Origin: Utricularia gibba
Lineage: Eukaryota > Plantae > Magnoliophyta
Length of the DNA: 64,000 nucleotides
Direction: 5' to 3'
NCBI GenBank assembly: GCA_002189035.1
Contig: NEEC01000007.1
Location: 2,170,001-2,234,000 of the forward strand
Made by a program: the position numbers and the translations under genes. Under the pieces are notes generated by a model, which had not been told where the DNA came from, ran no database searches, and saw only the letters and a list, made by a program, of their open reading frames with translations. This document shows, in pieces, positions 50,911-64,000 of this stretch. Each line of letters starts with the position of its first letter. Position 1 is the first letter of the stretch.

Positions 50911-52960
50911 AGTTTTAAAAATATTAAAATTTGTTATGGAAACGACACACATCATTTACATAGCTTGCATTATCACATATAAAATTATATTTTGACAAAA
51001 ATATTGTATTGATCACTTCCCGGATGATTTTCATGACATATCCTTAAGGCTTCAAAGAGATAAAAGGAAAGATTGCAAAAAAAAAAAAAAAGATAAAAAA
51101 TTCTTATAAATAAAGATACATATAATTCATAATTTTGGGGGTCTATTTGTTTTATAATTAAGCAAAAAAACTCCTTAAAATCGTGAAAAAAATAATGATC
51201 ATTATTATAAAGCAATACATAATATTGGCAGAAGAAATCACACAAATATAAAAATTAATTAGGGGCTTGGTCATGTTACAAGGAAACCCTAGAGTGGCCC
51301 TAGAATGCAATCATGCAGATATTTTAAAACCTTAGAGGGTTTGGCGTTTTCACCAAATGCTACGCGTGAACTTTTCCTTTGTTTAAGATGAGCCTAGGAC
51401 TATACTCTATAAATGTGTTTATTTTTTAGACATAAATATCTTCTTCACCTGGCCTGTGTTGGGAGTGTACACCAAATGCTACCTCTAAACTCTTAAACAA
51501 TACTTTTACACAAAAGAAATTCATTTTTATATGAATTAATCTTGTATATATTTAATATTGAATAAATTAAAATCAGAGTGTGTTTGGTTGTTGATATTAA
51601 ATTTATGAATCAAGCTTAGTAAAATTTATTATATTTATTATAAACTCAAAACTTAAGAGGGGTAGAAGTGCCCCCACTCAAGAAAAAGTGAAATAACCTT
51701 AAACGAATTCCGTATCAGTTATGAATGTGATAGAGTTTATATAAATGGATATTATCTAATTTTGCATGAAACTTTTTTCTTGAAAATGAAAAACATAAAA
51801 TTATAAAATTTGGATGTTTGAAATGAATAATATTATACAACGAAATAATGAATAGTTAAATGGTATGTTTTGATTATTAAAAACATTTCAGGTATGTTTC
51901 ATTCTTTTTATTGAAAACTATTTATGCAAAAATAGTTTTCGAAAAGTGATTTTAATAAAATAGGAATTGGATTTATATAGTTTATTAAAAAATAAAAGTT
52001 TCCAAGTAGAGTGTGTAGATCATCAAACTTGTCGTTTTCTATTGGACCAAGCCCTATATTTTTGAGCAGTCAGCAACAATACCCAATCCCATTCAATGTC
52101 AACGAGCGTGTCCGCGTCCGCGTGTCCCATGGAGGGACCAACCCAATGCTGCTTTTGGTGGAATAATTCTTAGAAAATCAACCTATACTTATGTTTCCAA
52201 ATAAAAAAGTTATTTTCTTGCTGTCATTTACCATGATATAATAATAATAATTATTATTATTTTATTTTATTCTAATGGAATAATATTCACCAATTTATTC
52301 ATTATGATAATGACGAAACTTGAGAGGATTTTATATAAAAAAAACTATTTAAATTGCCAGTTTAATGTCAAGTAGAAATAAAAAATAAAATAAAAGCTGA
52401 GAGATGTCTGGCCTCTTCATCGGAACTCAGGGTCGCCTGTGACTTCAAGCTCAGTTCGATACTCCCTCTGAGTATTTGGGGGCTGAATTGGATTTGTGGG
52501 GATGACGTCAATGATTACATTCTGCTTTTTTTTTTTGTTTTTTATTTGGTATGTGGAGTCGGAAGATGAATTTTTCAAATGGAGGCTGTGTCTGGGCGGG
52601 AATGGTGCACGGCGATTTGATGATGTCGTGTTTGTTCGTAATGGAGATCAAGGGATGGGGGTTTATGGAGAACCAAGGAGCTATCCTGATCCATTTGGCC
52701 CCATGTTTTAGACCTGCAACAGACAGGAACGAAGTAACTTGGGGCTAGCGCCAACAGGGGAGGGGAGGATTCCCTCAGATGGGTATTGGGTTGTGATTTG
52801 ACTTTCTATTGATTATCGTCCTTTATCAGTTGCAGCCATCTTCTTCTGTTTGATAAAAAGCCATCCCCAGAACCTCCTCTTCTTCTTCGTTTTACCAGAA
52901 ATTCAAACTGGGTATCCTACCGCCGTTGCTGCTTTGTTTTCTTACGGATTCAGAAACGTG

Positions 52961-53044
52961 ATGGGAGTGAGGCGGAGCCGTTGTTCGCATACGTTCGACA
53001 TCAACGAGATCATCGTAACCAGCTTTTTTCGCCATAAATATTGA
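52961..53044 (+). promoter_or_regulatory. Conserved-peptide uORF (CPuORF33-like) in the HD-Zip I leader
   Basis: Encodes MGVRRSRCSHTFDINEIIVTSFFRHKY*. The C-terminal TSFFRHK matches the recalled Arabidopsis ATHB1 CPuORF33 (...WSTSFFRHKIMIF). It ends 155 nt before the main ATG. Confidence 0.75.
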
Positions 53045-53199
53045 GCTTTTTTTTCTTCTTCGTATTCCTGAACCAGGAGATCTATCCTGGGTCGAAAGCC
53101 TAGAAGAATCAGCACCGGAAAATTGAAGCAGCAGCAGTTTTAGACTAAGAAAATGGTAGATTCTTAATAAAATCAGGTTATTGTCTTCTTGATCTAGCC

Positions 53200-54275
53200 A
53201 TGGCGAGTCAAATTGGGATGGTTAATCGGTCAAAGAATGCCAGAGTTACTTCCCCAAATCACCATCGGGGTTCAGTTTTATATTCTGCCTTGCTTTTCTT
53301 CTCTATTTTGCTATTGTTGACTATTGCGTTTGTTTTGGCACTCCCTTTTTCTCTTAATGATTTTGAGCTTAGATTCAGTTGACTGCTGTATCTTTAACGG
53401 CATCCATGATGCTTCTCAGTTGACATTCTTCATCTGTTCTGATTTTTCTGTTGTCCACTGCATTCGTTTATGACTGAACTCTTTCACATGATTTTGTTTG
53501 GGTCCAAAATTCTTGATCCTGATGGCATTTGATTCTCGGGATCTCAGGATCAGGGGCGATACTTAACTTTGGAGCAAGCACAGTAGGGAACTCTTTCATT
53601 TACCCCTTTGATCCTGAAGAAAACGGGGATGAATTCTTGGATGAGTTCCTGAGTCAACCAGAGAAAAAGAGGCGCCTATCCATGGATCAGGTCCAGTTCC
53701 TCGAGAAATGCTTCATCGCAGACAACAAGCTGGAGCCAGATCGCAAGCTCCAAATTGCCAGGGAGCTCGGTCTGCAGCCTCGGCAGATCACCATATGGTT
53801 CCAGAACCGCCGTGCTCGCTGGAAGACGAGGCAGCTGGAAACCGACTACGAAGCTCTCCACAGAAGCTATGAGACACTGAAAGCGGAGTATGACAATCTG
53901 TTCAGCGACCATGAGAAGCTCAAGGCTGAGATTCTTTACCTCAAAACCACTAGTGAACCAGAGCTGCAACCCCAAGGATATGAACAAAGCTCGAGAAGTG
54001 CCACTGCTGAGGATCAAGTATCAGCAATGATATCCAGGAACGAGCCAAGGGGCTCTGTGATAAGCGATGTAGTTTATGAGGAGAGCCTCCTGTTTGCCGG
54101 CGGCATGTCGTATACCCTGGAACCCGGTCATCCGAATCAGATACCCAATCTCGAAGATGAATTTCAACGGCCGGAGTACATCCTCTCCAGGGTTGAAGTT
54201 TCTCATTATCTCCCAAATGGCTTCTTCTTGGAATTCCCTGTTGAAGATCCTCTCCCCGGTTGCTGGTCTGAATGA
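53200..54275 (+). CDS. Homeodomain-leucine zipper class I, ATHB1/HAT5 clade
   Basis: [31 protein letters not shown]...[41 protein letters not shown], then a leucine zipper and a W-containing C-terminus. Exons 53200-53269 (inferred) and 53548-54275. Confidence 0.92.
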
Positions 54276-55011
54276 TGCGCTGCTACTGCAACTCTTTCAT
54301 TCGCCTTCACAAGCTCCTTAGCAATAAACATCAGGCCGTCTGATGCTCAGCCTCTTCACCCATCGGATTTCATCCGTCGGTCGTCATACGAAATTCAAGA
54401 AAACTCAGGAAGAAGAAGGCTGCTGTTGTGAATAGTACATGTTAACTACTCTGAAAAGCGAGTTGAATGTACCATATGATTTACTGAATTTTATAATAGA
54501 TTAAATTAATTTCAACTCATTATAAACATATTATAAAATGCAATTATTCAAATCTAATTATTTGGAAATTTAAAATGGGTGGAGTTTGACAATATTCCAA
54601 TTTACAATCATTTTTTTAGATAGTTTAATCAACAAATTTCAGACCAAAGTCAATTTACAACATAGTAAATCAATTTTCTTTTAAAAATTTTGAAAAATGT
54701 TTGTATCTTCATTATATAGTTTTGATAAATTGAAATACGTTTAATGCAATTTGAAATTTAAGAGTTAAATTACATATAGTGATCAAAAATTGATATATTG
54801 TTATTATAATTTTTTCAATTAAAAATACATGAATAAATTGGTAATATGACTTTTAAAAATGCAAAAATGCAAAAAATAATTTTTTATATTATATGAAGAG
54901 AAAGAAGTCAACCAGATTAGTCAATGATCCGAGTTGTAAGCCAGTTTAAGAGCCCATCTCCAACGGCCAAAACAAGAAGGAGAATAGAAGAGAAGAGAGA
55001 GATTGTGTACG

Positions 55012-56883
55012 ATGAAAATGGAAACTCTGAGTATTCCTTCTTCCTCAACACAATCTCCGGCGCCAGGTGGATGGCCCGCCATCACCTACATCCTCGGTGA
55101 GTGTTTCTTGTCTCTGCAATACCATCTTCTTGGAAGTTCTGATCTGGGTTTTTGTTTTTGCTGCTTCAAGGAAATGAATCCTTCGAGAAACTTGCTTCCA
55201 TGAGCTTAATTGCTAACATAACTGTTTACCTGCGTACCAAATACAATTTGACGGGTATTTTCTTGGTTAATATCGTCACCATTTGGTCCGGGACGACTAA
55301 CGTGTCCTCGATCGCTGGCGCGATCATCTCCGATGCTTATCTAGGTCGCTTTCTTACCCTTCTCTTCGGAACTGTTTCATCGCTCGTGGTATGCGCCTCT
55401 CACCTTGATTTCTGAACTGCATTTTGCCAAAGACTGCGTTTTCTTATTGCCCTGTAATTTTCAGGGGATGATGGCCATGACGATGACGGCGGCGGCGGCG
55501 GGGTTGAGGCCGGTGGCGTGTAAAGAAGAAGATGTAGATTCTGCTTGTCATCAGCCGTATAAATGGCAGCTTGCATTTTTGTTTACCGGTCTTGGGCTGA
55601 TCTCCGTCGGGGCTGGTGGAATCCGGCCCTGTAACATCGCATTCGGTGCCGATCAGTTTAATACCAGCACTGAAAAGGGAAAAGCGCAGCTTGAGAGTTT
55701 CTTCAATTGGTGGTACTTATCATTCACCATCGCTCTGGTAATCGCGCTCACGATCGTGATCTACATTCAAACAAATGTCAGCTGGGTAATCGGATTCGCG
55801 ATTCCCACAGTCTGCCTCGCCGTTTCGATTACGATTTTTCTAATTGGACGCCGTCGGTACGTTTATAAAGTTCCGATGGGGAATGTATTTGTCGACATGG
55901 CGAAGGTTGCAGTGGCCGCGTTTAGAAAACGGAATGTTGATTTAGATTCGTGTGATGGGGCTTCTTTTTATGATCTCTCATTTGTGGGAGAGGAAAAAAT
56001 AGAGAAAACAGAGAGGTTCAAATGTCTCGATAAGGCTTGTGTGATCGCCGATGTGGATGCAGAGTTAGACAGCGCCGGCACGGCTGTGAACGAGTGGAGG
56101 TTGTGCAGAGTGAATCAAGTTGAGGCATTGAAGTGTTTCTTGGGGATTTTTCCGGTGTGGGTTTCAGGGGTTGGGTGTTTTTTAGTCATGGATCAACAGA
56201 GCACTTTCGGGGTGTTGCAGGGGATTCAAATGAACCGATCGATAGGAAAGAACTTCACCATGCCGCCGGCGTGGATGGGGATTACATCAATGATCGCTCT
56301 CTCGATATGGATTCTTCTCTACGAGAGAGTTTACATTCCTATTACTAAGAAAACAGAGCTTTCACGCCTTAAAATGGAGCAGAGAATCCTCCTCGGAATC
56401 ATCTCCGCCATCATGTGTATGGTGGTGGCTGCGGTGGTAGAAAAGAGACGCCGTACGCTGAGCTTGAATCATGGCAGCTTCGTCTCGCCGCTCCACGTCG
56501 CTGCCCTGTTGCCGCAGTTTATACTTGCTGGATTGACGGAGGCACTTGCCGCCGTAGCGTTGATGGAATTCTTCACATTACGGTTACCTGAAAGCTTGCG
56601 AAGCGTCGCCGGAGCGGTGTTCTTCCTCAGCCTATCCGTAGCCAGTTATTTGAGTTCATTGGTGGTTACTATCATTCATTCCACCACCGGAAAAACGCCG
56701 TGGCTCGGTGGCCATGATCTGAATTACAATAAGCTTGATCATTACTATTCCATCATCGCCGCCTTGGGAGTTGTTGATTTGATATATTTTTGTTGGTTTG
56801 GTCGCAAGTATGTGGAGGCCGCCGGCAAACCGGCAGCGCCGGGTAGCAGACATAGGGAACTGGAACAAGGAAGCATAGCATGA
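55012..56883 (+). CDS. NRT1/PTR family transporter, NPF2.8-like
   Basis: GGWPAITYILGNESFEKLASMSLIAN (ExxEK motif), SDAYLGRF, GGIRPCNIAFGADQF, SFFNWWY, PQFILAG, LDHYY. Exons 55012-55096, 55171-55388, 55465-56883. Confidence 0.92.
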
Positions 56884-58099
56884 GCTCCGGCAAATTCATT
56901 GCATTGCACACAGAAACTGCGGCTAATTCATTAAATTTAATAGTTGAATTTTAACGCCTTTGTTCGGATAGGCTGCGTTTCTATTCGTAATTTTACTGGC
57001 CAACGGTTTTTCATCTTAATCGACGCGCCCCCCCAATCGCAGACGCCCTAGCGAACCGGAAGGCTGGGGAGACCCATCGAATCCGCTCGAAGCACGCATT
57101 TTTTATGTCTCCGTTCTCCATCGTTATTGCCACAAGGTCTGTTCGTGTGTTTTTGGGACTCAATTTCATCACATTTGCGCGTAGATAGCGGCGAATGGCT
57201 GTCCGATTGTGTCGCATCTGCTTTTTGTTCATTACGTTTCGCACCATTTTGGGGCGGGTTTCTGGCTTTTTTTTGCCGGAATAGTGTCTCTCCGACTGCG
57301 TTGATCATCATTGTGTCAATGACAGAGTTATGAATCATTATGCGTCGGATCGGAGAACATTGCATTTGCAGTTTTGGCGTACGATACCTGAAGTAATGAA
57401 TCGTTTCTTGCTGATGTTTTTCTATTGAATATTTGTAATCTAAAATCATCCGTGTCTAGATTTGAATACACATGCAGAGACCAATAACAATTATGCTTTT
57501 TATTTCATTCCTTTTCAAGACATTTTTTAGATTATGTTATGATGAATTTTCATGTACAAGTTACATATAATTACAGTAAACATATCTAATAAAGACATTC
57601 CTTGCAACTCTTCAATGCAATTTGCTTATCTTACAAGTGATAATTAAAGATTTAGGTGACTTTATTGTACTCCTCTGAGGATCAGTCTCACTTGATCTGG
57701 GGATTCTGATCGGGCTTCTGAGCACTTGATTGAGATTTACGCTAGCTGAATCCTGTTTTGTTTCTTAATTCTTCCGTTCTTGGTTTCAAGTTTAAATCGG
57801 TCGTGGAAAGTGTCCTATTTTTTTTCAGTTCCCATGTGGATTCTGTGAATTAGGAATCACTTCGAACATAGTATTCAATTGGGTGTCTGATGATTTGTTT
57901 CTTGCATGATTTTTTTTTTCAGATTTTTCCTAATTTTCTTGAATTTCTTGGTTAATTGGTAGAGGTAGGCGTACAATTCTGATAAGGGTCATGGGTTTTT
58001 ACATGGGATGCTTGTTTTTGTTGCAGAAACGTGTGTTCGCTGCGTCTGAGAACCTACTTAATTTTCCAAAAGCTTTGAGGTCTAGGAAACTTAACTTCC

Positions 58100-58945
58100 A
58101 TGGCAAATTCTCTAAGAGTTGCAGCGGCTCAGATGACTTCCATCAATGATATCTCGGCTAACTTAGCCACATGCTCTCGCCTAGTCAAGGAGGCTGTCAA
58201 TGCCGGTGCAAAGTTCCTCTGTTTGCCTGAGAATTTTTCTTACGTAGGTGCGAAAACCGGCGACAGTCTGACTATTGCTCAGCCATTGGATGGGCATATA
58301 ATGAAGGATTACTGCTCACTTGCTAGAGAATCGAAGATATGGTTATCCCTTGGTGGCTTTCAAGAAAAGGGGCACGATGATTCTCACTTGTGCAACACAC
58401 ATGTGTTGATTGATGATGAAGGGAACATCCGAGGAGCATACAGGAAGATGCATTTGTTTGATGTGGATGTCCCAGGGGGAGCAGTGTACAAGGAGAGCAG
58501 CTTCACTGAGGCTGGAAAAGATCTTGTTGCACTCGATAGCCCGTTCGGACGTTTGGGTCTCACAGTTTGTTATGATCTTAGGTTCCCAGAAATTTATCAG
58601 CAACTTAGATTTCGCCTTGGTGCACAGGTACTGTTGGTTCCTTCTGCTTTTACGAAGGTCACTGGGGAGGCACATTGGGAGATCCTCCTCCGTGCAAGAG
58701 CTATCGAAACGCAGTGTTATGTTATTGCTGCTGCTCAAGCTGGAAAGCACAATGAGAAGAGGGAAAGCTATGGTGATACGTTGATCATTGATCCATGGGG
58801 TACAGTTATTGGCAGATTACCAGATCGGCATTCAACTGGGATTGCTATTGCAGATATTGATCTCTCGGTGATCGATTCTGTTAGGGAAAAAATGCCAATA
58901 TCTCAGCATCGAAAGCCAGATGAGTTTTGGAGGGCAGTTTCATAA
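58100..58945 (+). CDS. NLP2: Nitrilase-like protein 2 / deaminated glutathione amidase (NIT1 orthologue), intronless CDS
   Basis: RVAAAQMTS start and the E-K-C triad in LPENF, YRKMHLFDVD and VCYDLRFPE; also GEAHWEILLRARAIETQCYV and RESYGDTLIIDPWG. Single 281-aa ORF; an intron acceptor lies upstream at 58026. Confidence 0.93.
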   Translation: MANSLRVAAAQMTSINDISANLATCSRLVKEAVNAGAKFLCLPENFSYVGAKTGDSLTIAQPLDGHIMKDYCSLARESKIWLSLGGFQEKGHDDSHLCNTHVLIDDEGNIRGAYRKMHLFDVDVPGGAVYKESSFTEAGKDLVALDSPFGRLGLTVCYDLRFPEIYQQLRFRLGAQVLLVPSAFTKVTGEAHWEILLRARAIETQCYVIAAAQAGKHNEKRESYGDTLIIDPWGTVIGRLPDRHSTGIAIADIDLSVIDSVREKMPISQHRKPDEFWRAVS

Positions 58946-59241
58946 TTTTTGAGTTACAAGGTACATTTTCCGGGTTCCCCCGTTGCAGCTGTTTCTCTAG
59001 TCGCGTTTATACTAGAAACAGATGCTGAAGGAGAATTTTGACTCATAAGATGCTGAAACACATTTGAACATTTGAAAAAATACATATTTCACTCAGTGAG
59101 GCATCATAACACAAATTCACTGCTACACATCTGTTTGTATATCAGAATTTACAGCAATGCAGATGCATGACATCAATACTCTGTTTTAGGACCCTTTTGG
59201 CAGTTTTGATATCGAGATACGAATGTAGAGCTGTAAAAACT

Positions 59242-61465
<2,224 letters not shown>

Positions 61466-62543
61466 AGCTACAGAAGTGTTAACCTTCCTTTCAACGAAGA
61501 AAGCTCAAGTTGCAGCGGCGGAAGCCGCCGTAAACGGCCGATGGACAGAGTCGTTGTGCGTGTGTACATGCGGAATTTTCTTTTCCCGCTATGAAATAAA
61601 AGGAGGATCCCAATTTCTGTTGACCCGTTTAATTTTATTGAAAAAAAAACATCCCAAAATTCAACCCTTCACAATCAAAATATTAATGATATTATCAGTT
61701 TAGAACATCAAATTCTCATAATTTTATATTTTTTTCTTTTCAAAAAAAAAATATTTTATACAAAATTAAAAAAGATCATTTTATATGAATTATTAATCTA
61801 ATCCATTTGTAACAAATATGAGACTCACTAAGGTATTTACATACTTTCATGAGGTAGACCTTCCGCCCACTCCCATGGAAACTCAGCACACTAGTTGTAA
61901 AGATCCATTCTATTCTTAAATAATGTTATGTACATCGAACATTCAATATTTATAATTTTATATTTTTTTCTTACAAAAAAATACCTCATGTAAGATTATG
62001 AAAAATCATTCTATATAAAATGTAATCCTATTCCATTCGTAATTAATGTTGTAAGATTAGTTTAAAGTCCTTATATCATTTTATGGGTTGAGCCCTTCAT
62101 TTTTGTGAAAAAATTACAACTAGATAACGATTCTTTTTGGTTTGTTTTCGAAAAACAACTTTGAAAATGTCGTGTGACCTCACCGACCACTCTTTTGATT
62201 GGCTTTTAGGTAAAACTACATTATAATAACCATTTAAATTCAAATAGATAATTTTATTAAAATGAATATCCGTATTAAATTTAATCATGAATTTCAGGGC
62301 ATAGAAAAGTCAATCATTCCAGAGCTATAGTTAGAAAAGGGTGAAGTGTGTGTTGGAGTGAAGGGAAGGAGAGCAGCGGCAGCCCTGAACAAGAGGAGTT
62401 CGCTGCAACGACGCCTCCCACTTATTCCGGGACTCTCCACTTTTACTCAGTCTCCGAGCACCTCCTTTTTCCCTGCCACAAATGCCTGCTATGATCCATC
62501 TTCTTCTCGGCATCGCCCTCCTGTTTTGGCCCATGATCCCGCC

Positions 62544-63410
62544 ATGACCGTCAAGAGCGGCACCAGCCAAGCCTGCGCTGCCTGTAAATATCAACGACGC
62601 CGGTGCACCTCCGAGTGCCTCCTCGCCCCATTTTTCCCGGCGGACGATCCCAAGATGTTTCAGAATGTGCACCGTCTCTTTGGCGTCAAGAACATACAGA
62701 ACCTTCTCAAGGAGCTGAGCCCTCGAGACAAGCCAGAAGCCATCAAGTCCATCAAGTACCATGCTGATATGCGCGATAAGTATCCTGTTCGGGGATGCCT
62801 TGTGGAGATTCAGCAGCTCACTTATTACCTGCATCTGGCGCAGAAGGAACTCCAAAACACTCTGCATCAGCTTTCTTATTATCGCCGGCATGAAGTGTCT
62901 CCGATACCCCCAACCGGCGACGACTACATATCGGAGCTGCAGCTGGGTATCTCCCCTCCGGGGGACACCCTTTTTGCGTCCAACAACGGGAATGGGGATT
63001 ACTGCATGAAGTACCTAGACTTCAAGGAGGAGAACTATCCCCAATCTCAATGCCTACCAACGTGTTCCAGTAGCAATGAGAACAACCCACAGAACTCGAG
63101 TGTCATCATCTCTCAAACGTTCCTCCCTCAGAGCCCCTGTTTGCAGGAAGAAACCCACCTGGATTTCAGTCTTTTCGATCATATGGACGACACGCAATCA
63201 TCCTACATTGGGTACAAGGAGGCGTACGAGTCGAGGTGATCGATCATCCGTCTCCTCTCCTCTTCACCATGCTCCCTCCTTTTCATCTTGACTGATTTCT
63301 TGATGTACAACAGCTTGGAGTCTCCATTGAGGGATCATTCCCGGCAGCAGTTTGATGAGAACGAACTCAAGAACGCAGCGGCTTGTTTCAGCCTCACCAG
63401 CGTCAACTGA
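62544..63410 (+). CDS. LBD: LOB-domain protein, LBD22/LBD27-like
   Basis: MTVKSGTSQACAACKYQRRRCTSEC (CX2CX6CX3C), FQNVHRLFGVKNI, DKYPVRGC, and C-terminal ELKNAAACFSLTSVN*. Exons 62544-63235 and 63314-63410. Confidence 0.92.
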
Positions 63411-64000
63411 TGGATGAAGAGCAAGGGTTGTGCAAATGGAACATGGCTGTTAGATTTTCACAGTCTAGAGGTAACCTTCCTCCATTTTTGAGCAGACATT
63501 CACACCGGATACCTTATAAAACAGATAATCTTCTGGCAAAAACAAGAACAGCCTTAGCATTCACCACCTAATGAGATAATGAGCTCACAAGTTCACTGGT
63601 TAATTCTTTAGAATAACTTCTAAAAACCCTGCAAAAGTAAATTGATTATCAAACATTCTCTAGAAAGAAAGCAACTTTAGAATTTTTTTTATTTTTAATA
63701 ATATATTTGAAATAGTATATGCGTTTAAAATATTTAGAAGTAATTTTATTATAACAGTTTTTATCAACAAGTCTTTTTTTATAAAAAGTTTTAGAGATCA
63801 AACTCCTATTTTATTTGAATCACTTCTCGAAAATTCATTTTCGAGAAATAGAGTCGAGTAGAATTTTATGAAATTACAATTTTATTTTATTAGAATCACT
63901 TATTGAAAGTAAGTTTTTGAGAATTGCTGATTTAATTTAAATATAAATTCTCCGCACCGCTTGTAAATATTATCATTTTCATAATTTTCAATTAGTTTCT

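Noticed and set aside
51351-51482. 13-bp direct repeat CACCAAATGCTAC around a 106-nt spacer
   Set aside because: Only two copies, no TIR or array structure, and no empty-site comparison available.
52496-52748. Short ORFs and a partial miR390-site-like GGAGCTATCC upstream of the HD-Zip gene
   Set aside because: The peptides are unrecognised, and the match covers only the half of the site away from the seed.

Overview
Gene-dense eudicot nuclear DNA with about 15 apparently functional genes in 64 kb and mostly 60-150 nt introns. The species cannot be determined from the sequence. In order: a MUT9-like/casein kinase I (3' part), MICU, a TRM/LONGIFOLIA-type gene, a SCAPER-like gene, HSP101, an XXT xylosyltransferase, LHCA4, a CDF-type Dof, a subgroup-1 R2R3-MYB, a rearranged CYP94A/pectate-lyase block (36.5-48.8 kb), an ATHB1/HAT5-clade HD-Zip I with a CPuORF33-like uORF, an NPF2.8-like transporter, an intronless NIT1/NLP2 amidase, a CPK10/30-like kinase and an LBD22/27-like factor. 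The most unusual part is the CYP94A/pectate-lyase block. It has three P450 copies in inverted and tandem arrangement, all with ORF lesions as assembled. Two copies share a nonsense codon inside a 306-bp near-identical tract that looks like gene conversion. A perfect 40-bp-arm fold-back sits at the head-to-head junction with the intact pectate lyase, and there are a hAT transposase remnant and microhomology junctions at breakpoints. Also present: two solo-LTR-like elements and two candidate spliced non-coding units flanking LHCA4. Several 1-nt frameshifts in homopolymer runs of conserved genes suggest assembly consensus errors, so frameshift-based pseudogene calls are tentative. All family assignments come from recalled motifs, not database searches.
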